DNA of 64,000 nucleotides from contig JBJELD010000018.1 in assembly GCA_051878975.1 (NCBI GenBank), forward strand, positions 3,188 through 67,187, given 5' to 3'. How positions within the stretch are numbered: the first letter of the stretch is position 1; each line of letters starts with the position of its first letter. The notes under the pieces are model-generated. The model was not told where the DNA came from. It worked only from the letters and a program-made list of their open reading frames with translations, and ran no database searches. Both the position numbers and the translations under genes were made by a program. Shown one piece after another: positions 56,449-64,000 of this stretch. This stretch comes from Candidatus Caccovicinus sp. (GTDB lineage Bacteria > Bacillota > Clostridia > Lachnospirales > Lachnospiraceae).

Positions 56449-58083
56449 CTAATTGGTGATCTGCGCTTCCACCAGCCTTACGCCGCAGTATTTTTCCCGC
56501 AGCTTCGGCTTTTCAATCTTTCCGGTTGGATTTCTTGGAATCGTATCAAAGATAATCTTCTTCGGACGTTTATAGCGCGGCATATTCATGCAGAAATTCC
56601 GGATATCTTCCTCCGTACAATCTATATCCGGCTTCCGCTCAATGATGGCCGCCGTAATCTCACCAAGGCGCTTGTCCGGAAGTCCGATTACCGCCACATC
56701 ATGAACTGCCGGATGCAGACGGATAAAGTCTTCGATCTGAACCGGATAAATATTTTCACCGCCGCTGATGATGACATCCTTCTTACGGTCTACCAGAAAA
56801 ATAAATCCATCCTCGTCCTGCATAGCCATATCTCCCGTATAAAGCCAGCCATGATCCAGAACCTCTGCAGTTGCCTTCGGATCATGGTAATAGCAGGTCA
56901 TGACGCCGGGGCCCTTGACAGCCAGCTCGCCTACTTCTCCCTGTTTCACTGGCTGACGGTTTTCATCCACGATCTTGGCTCTCCAGCCGAAGCCCGGAAT
57001 GCCGATCGCTCCCACTTTATTGATGTTTTCCACACCAAGATGCACACAGCCTGGCCCGATGGATTCACTGAGGCCGTAATTGGTGTCGTACTGATGGTTC
57101 GGGAAATATTCCTTCCAGTGACGGATCAGGCTGGGCGGAACCGGCTGGGCTCCGATATGCATCAGACGCCACTGATCAAGCTGATAATCGGAAAGTTTCA
57201 ATCGTCCGCTGTCCAGTGCCTCCAGAATATCCTGTGCCCACGGCACCAGCAGCCAGACAATGGTACATTTTTCCCGGGACACGGCATCCAGTATGTACTC
57301 CGGCTTGGTTCCGCGCAGCAGCACCGCCTTGCTGCCGGAAAGCAGAGAACCGAACCAGTGCATTTTGGCTCCGGTGTGGTACAGCGGCGGAATACACAGA
57401 AATACGTCATCCCGGGTCTGTCCATGGTGATTCTGCTCCACCCGGCAGGAATGAATCAGGCTCTCATGATTGTGAAGAATTGCCTTCGGAAAACCGGTAG
57501 TTCCAGAAGAGAAGTAAATCGCAGCATCATCCTCCTCCCACAGGGTGATTCCAGGTGATTTGCTGGAACAATCCGCGGTCATCACTTTATAATCCTCTGC
57601 AAAGGTCGGACAGTTATCACCCACGTAGATCAGCAGTCTTCCCTTAATGATCCGGTCCGCAATCTCCTCCACACGACCGATAAATTCCGGTCCGAACACC
57701 AGAATGTCCACATCTGCCAATCCGACACAATATTCAATCTCCTCTGCCGAATAGCGAAAATTCAGCGGAACGGCAATCGCCCCGGTCTTTAAAATTCCAA
57801 AATAAATCGGAAGCCATTCCAGACAGTTCATCAGAAGGATTCCCACTTTATCCCCCTTCTCGATTCCTCTGGAAAGCAGCAGATTTGCAAACCGGTTTGC
57901 TTTTTCATTAAACACATGCCAGGTGATTTCCCGGCGGTAATGGGCGTTCGGGCTGGGCTCCATCAATTCATATTCCTTCCAGGTCACCCTTCTTGTTTCC
58001 TTTACCTCCGGATTGATTTCCACCAGGCAGATCTCATCTCCGTACAACAGGCTGTTCCGCTCCAGCAATTCAACTATTGTCAT
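56449..58083 (-). CDS. Acyl-CoA synthetase (class I adenylate-forming)
   Basis: FSSGTTGFPK, YGLSE, YTGD, DRKKDVIISGGENIYP, TGKI. Confidence 0.92.
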   Translation of the reverse strand: MTIVELLERNSLLYGDEICLVEINPEVKETRRVTWKEYELMEPSPNAHYRREITWHVFNEKANRFANLLLSRGIEKGDKVGILLMNCLEWLPIYFGILKTGAIAVPLNFRYSAEEIEYCVGLADVDILVFGPEFIGRVEEIADRIIKGRLLIYVGDNCPTFAEDYKVMTADCSSKSPGITLWEEDDAAIYFSSGTTGFPKAILHNHESLIHSCRVEQNHHGQTRDDVFLCIPPLYHTGAKMHWFGSLLSGSKAVLLRGTKPEYILDAVSREKCTIVWLLVPWAQDILEALDSGRLKLSDYQLDQWRLMHIGAQPVPPSLIRHWKEYFPNHQYDTNYGLSESIGPGCVHLGVENINKVGAIGIPGFGWRAKIVDENRQPVKQGEVGELAVKGPGVMTCYYHDPKATAEVLDHGWLYTGDMAMQDEDGFIFLVDRKKDVIISGGENIYPVQIEDFIRLHPAVHDVAVIGLPDKRLGEITAAIIERKPDIDCTEEDIRNFCMNMPRYKRPKKIIFDTIPRNPTGKIEKPKLREKYCGVRLVEAQITN

Positions 58084-58170
58084 GTTTTTATCCTCTGTTT
58101 TCTCTCAAAATTTTTCCCTGCAGCATTCTTTAAACGCTGCTTTCTGGTCGTTACGGCATTTTATGCGGAC

Positions 58171-58749
58171 TCAGGCTTCTGCCATCTCGTATCCTGCTTC
58201 AAATGCCGCCAGATTGATCTCTTTCGTCTTCGGCGGAACCGTCCGCTCCACAATCTTCAGCCAGTTTTCCTTTGGAAATTCCATATGCCTGGCCGTCACA
58301 CCGATGACAATGGTATTGAATACCTTGGCATTTCCCAGCTTCTTGGCTTCCTGCTGGGCATCCACCACTACAGTCTTATGCGCTGCTTTCAGCGTCTCAA
58401 TAATTCCTTCCGGGTACACGGCCATTCCGGACGCCACGGTCATCGGCTCAATCTTCTGATCATTCAGAATCAGAACACCGTCCTTCTTCAAAAAGTGTGC
58501 ATACCGGAGCGCCTCCAGGCGCTCAAAAGCAATGAGCACATCTGCCTGACCTTCCTCTACGATCGGCTCTGCCACCTGGCTGCCGAACCGCACAAAGGTT
58601 ACCACACTTCCGCCTCTCTGTGCCATTCCGTGCACCTCTGAAATTTTTACATCATATCCGGCATCCGTAGCGATGCCGCCCAAGATCCGGCTGGTCAGAA
58701 GCGTTCCCTGTCCGCCTACGCCTACGATCATAATATTCTTTGTTTCCAT
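58171..58749 (-). CDS. iorB: Indolepyruvate:ferredoxin oxidoreductase beta subunit
   Basis: GVGGQGTLL, SEVHGMAQRGGSV, NLAAFEAG. Confidence 0.92.
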   Translation of the reverse strand: METKNIMIVGVGGQGTLLTSRILGGIATDAGYDVKISEVHGMAQRGGSVVTFVRFGSQVAEPIVEEGQADVLIAFERLEALRYAHFLKKDGVLILNDQKIEPMTVASGMAVYPEGIIETLKAAHKTVVVDAQQEAKKLGNAKVFNTIVIGVTARHMEFPKENWLKIVERTVPPKTKEINLAAFEAGYEMAEA

Positions 58750-58807
58750 CTTTCCGATCCCTTTCTTCTCCTGATTCTGCATCCTGTACGCCGGCTGCCT
58801 GCAGTTT

Positions 58808-60601
58808 CTAGCGTTCGCCGGTATGCTGCTTCTGCGCCAGCTTCGGATTCGGCGTAAAGGAAATCGCCCCAAACGGGCACCGCTGCATGCAGAGTCCGCA
58901 GCCGTTGCACATTACTTCGTCAATTACTGCATGTCCCTGAGCATCCTTTCCCATAGCCGGGCATCCAGGTGCCAGACAGAGACCGCATTTTTTACAGACT
59001 TCCGGATCCACACTGCAGGTTCCCTTCGGAATCGTCGTCTTCAGAAGTGCGCAGGGAGATTTGGTGATGATTACCGAAATCGCATCCCGCTCTACCTCCT
59101 GCTTCACCAGCTTCTCCAAACCAGCCGTATCGAAGGCATCAATCTCATAAACATACTCGATCCCCATCGCCCGGCAGAGCTGTGCAAGATTGATCGCCGG
59201 GACAATATCGCCCATCAGCGTCTTTCCGGTTGCCGCATGGTCCTGATGTCCGGTCATGCCGGTGGTGGAATTGTCCAGAATCAGCACGGTTCCCGTACCC
59301 TGGTTATAAACCATGTTCATCAGAGAATTGACGCCGGTATGCAAAAACGTAGAATCTCCGATTACCGCAACCCAGTCCTTGATAAATTCTTTTCCTTTTG
59401 CCTTTTCCATACCGTGCAGATTGGAAATACTGGCTCCCATACAGATCGTCGTATCCACAACTGCAAGCGGTGCCACAGCTCCCAGCGTATAGCAGCCGAT
59501 ATCGCCCGCAGCATGGATTTTCAGCTTTTTCAGTACCGAAAATACGCTTCTGTGCGGACATCCCGGACAGAGGATCGGCGGTCTTGCCGGAACCTTGGCC
59601 GCCTCCGGGTAATCCGGCTTTTCCCCTAAGATCCGCTCTCTCAGAAGGTTCGCGCTGTACTCGCCCTGTATCGTAAAGATTTCTTTTCCGATGGCCTTGA
59701 TCCCCCAGGATTTTACCTGCTCCTCAATCACCGGCTCCAGCTCTTCCACAACATAAAGCGTCTCCACATTTGCCGCAAACTCCTCGATCCGCTTTCTCGG
59801 GAGCGGATGAACCAGCCCCAGCTTCAGAACACTGGCATCCGGCAAGGCTTCCCGCACATACTGATAAGGAATTCCGCTGGTAATCACGCCGATCTTTTTA
59901 TCCCGGTATTCTGCCCGGTTAATTTCCATGTGATTGGCATCCTCTGCCATGTCCTTCAGCCGCTTCTCCACGACCAGATGACGCCGGATCGCATTGCCCG
60001 GCATCATAACGGTTTTGGCAATATTCTTTTCATACGGGCGATCCTCAATCTCCTGCCGCTCCTCCAGCTGAACCATCCCCTGAGAATGAGCCAGACGGGT
60101 CGTCGTGCGCAGCATGATCGGAGTATCATATTTTTCCGACAGATCAAACGCCAGTTTTGTAAAGACTCTGGCCTCCTCACTGTCAGACGGCTCCAGAACC
60201 GGAACCATGGCGGCTCTTGCCACCATCCGGCTGTCCTGCTCATTCTGAGAACTGTAAATACCGGGGTCATCCGCCGCTACCAGCACCAGACCGCCGTTCA
60301 CACCACAATAGGAAATCGAATACAGCGGATCGGATGCCACGTTCACGCCCACATGCTTCATGGAAACCAGCGCACGAACACCGCTGATCGATGCTCCGAT
60401 TGCAACCTCTGTTGCAACCTTTTCATTCGGCGACCATTCCGAATAGATCACATCCTTGTATTTTACAATATTTTCGCTGATCTCTGTACTGGGTGTTCCG
60501 GGATATGCTGCCGAAACCTTCACCCCTGCCTCATAAGCACCTCTTGCGATTGCCGCATTGCCCAGCATCATCTGCTGTGTATTTGCCTCTTCCTTTATCA
60601 A
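58808..60601 (-). CDS. iorA: Indolepyruvate:ferredoxin oxidoreductase alpha subunit
   Basis: GNAAIARG, YPGTPSTE, MKHVG, CPGCPHR, GDIGCY, GDSTFLH, C-terminal 2x4Fe-4S; probable TTG start at 60601. Confidence 0.93.
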   Translation of the reverse strand: MIKEEANTQQMMLGNAAIARGAYEAGVKVSAAYPGTPSTEISENIVKYKDVIYSEWSPNEKVATEVAIGASISGVRALVSMKHVGVNVASDPLYSISYCGVNGGLVLVAADDPGIYSSQNEQDSRMVARAAMVPVLEPSDSEEARVFTKLAFDLSEKYDTPIMLRTTTRLAHSQGMVQLEERQEIEDRPYEKNIAKTVMMPGNAIRRHLVVEKRLKDMAEDANHMEINRAEYRDKKIGVITSGIPYQYVREALPDASVLKLGLVHPLPRKRIEEFAANVETLYVVEELEPVIEEQVKSWGIKAIGKEIFTIQGEYSANLLRERILGEKPDYPEAAKVPARPPILCPGCPHRSVFSVLKKLKIHAAGDIGCYTLGAVAPLAVVDTTICMGASISNLHGMEKAKGKEFIKDWVAVIGDSTFLHTGVNSLMNMVYNQGTGTVLILDNSTTGMTGHQDHAATGKTLMGDIVPAINLAQLCRAMGIEYVYEIDAFDTAGLEKLVKQEVERDAISVIITKSPCALLKTTIPKGTCSVDPEVCKKCGLCLAPGCPAMGKDAQGHAVIDEVMCNGCGLCMQRCPFGAISFTPNPKLAQKQHTGER

Positions 60602-60832
60602 CTCTGCTCCACCTTTCTCCCGCACTGCCTGCACGCCATCCAGCATGATGCCCATGCTTATTTTCTGCGCACCAGACAGTTCTTGTATGTTTTTAATAAA
60701 TCCTTCACATTTTATGAATGCAATTTCAAATATTTTACCATACTTTTCTCTGTTTGACCAGCAATAATATTCACAATCTGACGCGTTGCAGAAAAAAAGC
60801 GTCCGGTTCGCAGGCCCCCGCAAACCGCATCA

Positions 60833-60863
60833 AAAAAGCGCCGTTTTCTAACGCGGCGCTTTT
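60833..60863. terminator. Terminator after SSS gene
   Basis: AAAAGCGCCG..CGGCGCTTTT. Confidence 0.7.
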
Positions 60864-60874
60864 GAATAACCGGA

Positions 60875-62413
60875 TTAATCTCCCAGAATCTTTTTCTGCT
60901 TCGCAGACACCTTCACATCATAGCAGGCAAAGATATCCTTCACCAGTTTTTCATCCGGCTTCTTTGTGAAAACGCTGACTGCCGGAACCAGAACCAGGCC
61001 GATCAGCATAGCGGCTGCACCGGCATTGATCGGGGACTGCAGCAGCGTCGGGAAACTGCTGCGGAACAGCAGATTCAGGATCATCAGGCCGGAACCGAAG
61101 AAAAAGCTGGCCCATACAGCGGCCTTCGTTGTCTTTTTCCAGTACAATCCATATAAAAACGGAGCGAGAAATGCGCCGGCCAGAGCGCCCCAGGATACGC
61201 CCATCAGCTGTGCAATAAACGTAATGTTGCTCTTGTACTGAATAATGGCGATCACGACTGAAATGGCAATAAATACCACGATCAGAATACGCATAATGAA
61301 AAGCTGCTGCTTCTCATCCATGTCCTTCACAAAGGTATCCTTCAGGAAATCCAGCGTCAGCGTGGAACTGGATGCCATAACCAGCGAAGAAAGTGTGGAC
61401 ATTGAGGCAGAGAGCACCAGGATCACCACCAGACCGATCAGCAGCGGAGACAAATTGGACAGCATGGTCGGAACCACGGAATCATATCCGCCCGCTGCAA
61501 TGTCCACCTGACCGGAGTATAATCTTCCGAAACCGCCCAAAAAGTAACAGCCGCCGGAAACCACCACAGCAAACAGCGTGGAAATCACCGTGCCCTTGTC
61601 AATAGCCGCTTCGCTCTTAATCGCATAGAATTTCTGAACCATCTGCGGAAGCCCCCAGGTTCCCAGAGAGGTCAGAATCACCACGCCGAGCAGATTCAGC
61701 GGATCCGGTCCGAAAAAAGACGCAAACACGCCGGGCTGCGTCGACACGGCCGCATCCTCCACCGCTGCAAGACGGTTCAGCGCCTCCAGAAATCCGCCGT
61801 TCGACTTTAATACGGCGCCGATTACTGCCACGATTCCAAACAGCATGATAATACCCTGAATAAAGTCATTGATTGCCGTAGCCATGTAGCCTCCGGCCGT
61901 TACATAAATACCGGTCAGGATCGCCATAACCAGAATACAGACTGTATAGTCAATATGAAATGCCATTCCGAAAAGACGGGACAGACCGTTGTACAGAGAG
62001 GCCGTATACGGAATCAGGAAAACGAAAATGATCACAGACGCACCGATCTTTAAGTTCCGGCTCTGAAAACGCTGTTCAAAAAACTGCGGCATGGTAGCAC
62101 TGTTTAAATGATGAGTCATGATTCTGGTCCGACGTCCCAGCACGATCCAGGCCAGCATGGAACCCAGCACCGCATTTCCGATTCCGATCCAGGTAGAAGC
62201 AATTCCGTACTTCCATCCGAACTGCCCTGCATAACCGACAAAAATAACAGCAGAAAAATACGAGGTTCCGTAAGCAAAGGCCGTCAGCCAGGGACCTACA
62301 TTCCTTCCGCCAAGAACAAATCCGTTCACATCCGTTGCATGCCTGCGGCAATATAAGCCGATTCCGACCATCACCCCAAAAAACACCACAAGCATCAGAA
62401 TTTTAATCAGCAT
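60875..62413 (-). CDS. Sodium:solute symporter family transporter
   Basis: FVLGGRNVGPW, SYFSAVIFVG, WGLPQMVQKFY, SASMSTLSS; 13-14 TMs; promoter TTGACG-17-TATCAT at 62492..62520. Confidence 0.9.
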   Translation of the reverse strand: MLIKILMLVVFFGVMVGIGLYCRRHATDVNGFVLGGRNVGPWLTAFAYGTSYFSAVIFVGYAGQFGWKYGIASTWIGIGNAVLGSMLAWIVLGRRTRIMTHHLNSATMPQFFEQRFQSRNLKIGASVIIFVFLIPYTASLYNGLSRLFGMAFHIDYTVCILVMAILTGIYVTAGGYMATAINDFIQGIIMLFGIVAVIGAVLKSNGGFLEALNRLAAVEDAAVSTQPGVFASFFGPDPLNLLGVVILTSLGTWGLPQMVQKFYAIKSEAAIDKGTVISTLFAVVVSGGCYFLGGFGRLYSGQVDIAAGGYDSVVPTMLSNLSPLLIGLVVILVLSASMSTLSSLVMASSSTLTLDFLKDTFVKDMDEKQQLFIMRILIVVFIAISVVIAIIQYKSNITFIAQLMGVSWGALAGAFLAPFLYGLYWKKTTKAAVWASFFFGSGLMILNLLFRSSFPTLLQSPINAGAAAMLIGLVLVPAVSVFTKKPDEKLVKDIFACYDVKVSAKQKKILGD

Positions 62414-62694
62414 AACCCACCTCCGTAATATGAGAAGCGCCGTTTTTTGCTTTAGCATTTTAAAGTTTAACGCTTCTATCTAATAAAGGACATGATACCC
62501 GTTTTTGTGCAATCCGTCAACTCTTTTTCTTTTGTTTTTTATTTTTTATATATTTTGTATAAATTTATCAGGTATTTTTCTGCACATTTTCCTGTTTCAC
62601 GGTCACTCCAGCCATTCTCTCCGCTTTTTCTTGCACTTCCCGCCGGAATGTATTAAAATTTTCATAAATCATTATGAAAAACAGGAGTAAAAAC

Positions 62695-63852
62695 ATGAAC
62701 CAACAACGAGAAAAACAGCTGCAGCGCACCGGCTACATCACCTTTCTTTTCAGCGGGATCTGCGCAATCGGCAGCGGCATTATCGTAAGCATCCTTCAGG
62801 AGCAGTATCACCTGGCTTACGAAGAAACCGGAACACTTCTTTCTGTCCTGAGCATCGGAAACATGGCCGCATCCTTCGCCGCCGGAATGCTTTCCGGAAG
62901 AATCGGCATGCGCACTACCGTTCTGACCATGGCACTGGGCTATCCGATCGGCTATCTGATCATGACCCTCACCGGCAATTTCGGCCTTCTTCTTGCCGCC
63001 TTTGCTTTAGTGGGAATCGCCAAGGGCTGCGCTCTGAACCAATGCTCGGTTCTTTCCGGAAATGGAAGCGGCGACAAGACGAAACGGATGAACCTGATGC
63101 ATTCCTGCTATGCCCTCGGTGCCCTGACCTGCCCTTTCTTTCTGTCCGCCGCTTTAAAGACAAGCTTCTTTCTCCCGATCTGCTTTCAGGCACTGGCCGG
63201 ACTGGCCATGTGGCTGATCTTTCTGGCAGCCCGGCTCCCCGGCCGGAATCCCGGACCGGCAGCCGCAGAAAAAAAGACCGATTTTTCTTTCCTGAAAACC
63301 GGAAGCTTCTGGCTGATCACCGGCATCTTATTCTGCCAGAACGCGGCAGAAACCAGTGTGGTGGGATGGCTGGTTACCTACTTTAAGGACAGCGGCATTC
63401 TTTCCGGAACCGTCAGCACCTATACTGTCACCGTGCTCTGGGGAGCCACACTGATTGCCCGGCTTCTGATCGCATTCGTCTTTCCGATCCGGCAGAGCTT
63501 TCGGTGGCTGGCCGTTATGGGAGCCGGATGTACGATTCTGTACGGAGGACTCATGAGCGCAAAAACACCTCTTCCGGCCATCCTTCTTCTGTTCCTGTTT
63601 GCTTTCTCTATGGCCGGCGTAAATCCCACTACGGTTGCGGCGGTCGGAAAAAACTTAAACAGTGAATGTCTGGGAATCATGCTTCCTCTGGGCGGCATCG
63701 GCGCCATCCTGATGCCATGGATCATCGGCATAGCAGCCGAGCAGTTCGGCCTTGCAGCCGGCATGACCTGCAATCTGATTCCCTGCGCAGGAATCCTGAT
63801 TCTCAGTCTGATCTGCCTGAAGCTTCGTCCAACAGACAGCGCAAACGCATAA
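62695..63852 (+). CDS. MFS transporter (FucP/TsgA-like)
   Basis: 12 TMs, LSGRIGMR motif A variant, MNLMHSCYALGA. Confidence 0.85.
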   Translation: MNQQREKQLQRTGYITFLFSGICAIGSGIIVSILQEQYHLAYEETGTLLSVLSIGNMAASFAAGMLSGRIGMRTTVLTMALGYPIGYLIMTLTGNFGLLLAAFALVGIAKGCALNQCSVLSGNGSGDKTKRMNLMHSCYALGALTCPFFLSAALKTSFFLPICFQALAGLAMWLIFLAARLPGRNPGPAAAEKKTDFSFLKTGSFWLITGILFCQNAAETSVVGWLVTYFKDSGILSGTVSTYTVTVLWGATLIARLLIAFVFPIRQSFRWLAVMGAGCTILYGGLMSAKTPLPAILLLFLFAFSMAGVNPTTVAAVGKNLNSECLGIMLPLGGIGAILMPWIIGIAAEQFGLAAGMTCNLIPCAGILILSLICLKLRPTDSANA

Positions 63853-63891
63853 AAACATGCTGCGGCATCCTCAAAAGCCGCAGCATGTTTT
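63852..63891. terminator. Bidirectional terminator
   Basis: AAAACATGCTGCGGC..GCCGCAGCATGTTTT. Confidence 0.8.
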
Positions 63892-63920
63892 CTTTTTTGT
63901 TTTTCGATTGATTTTTCTGA

Positions 63921-64000
63921 TCAGAACAGATTCGGAAACAGCGCCGTCGGAATAGCAAGGAACATATCCGAGAAAACGATCATCAGCACCAGCACCGCGA
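63921..64000 (-). CDS. C-terminal fragment of a membrane protein, possibly TRAP large permease (runs off window)
   Basis: Minus frame AVLVLMIVFSDMFLAIPTALFPNLF-stop converging on the terminator. Confidence 0.4.
   Translation of the reverse strand, partial: AVLVLMIVFSDMFLAIPTALFPNLF

Noticed and set aside
60602-60823. Long N-terminal extension of IorA in the ORF track
   Set aside because: Spans the AT-rich promoter region; the RBS and homology indicate a start near 60601

Overview
Core-genome window from a spore-forming, anaerobic Clostridia-class bacterium, probably Lachnospiraceae (inferred from gene content). No phage, IS, integrase or CRISPR array is visible. In order along the window: a ZTP-riboswitch-controlled split purine operon (PurO-like cyclohydrolase + AICAR transformylase); a MacB-type ABC module with a large COG1361-like surface protein; a UDG-fold orphan; pyrBI; RNase P RNA; the dgt-dnaG-sigA-trmK-nif3-nucleoside kinase operon; a Csp-like S8 protease; a two-gene SufC/SufB-like Fe-S module; FMN riboswitch + ribU; three tRNA-Leu genes (two identical CAG, one rare AAG); a ugp-like glycerophosphodiester operon; an anaerobic cobalamin cluster; pflBA; an operon joining two unknown membrane proteins, cdaA-cdaR, HPr, EI and an orphan Wzy; and an SSS/iorAB/acyl-CoA ligase cluster. 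The best leads are: (1) an inverted map gene sitting between cbiE and cbiT, with back-to-back promoters that share a 12-bp element; (2) an in-frame CobU-like::YwlG(UPF0340) read-through, plus two CobU paralogues with complementary motifs; (3) the c-di-AMP/PTS/Wzy operon that lacks glmM; (4) tRNA-Leu(AAG). All calls come from motif recognition by eye; no database searches were run.
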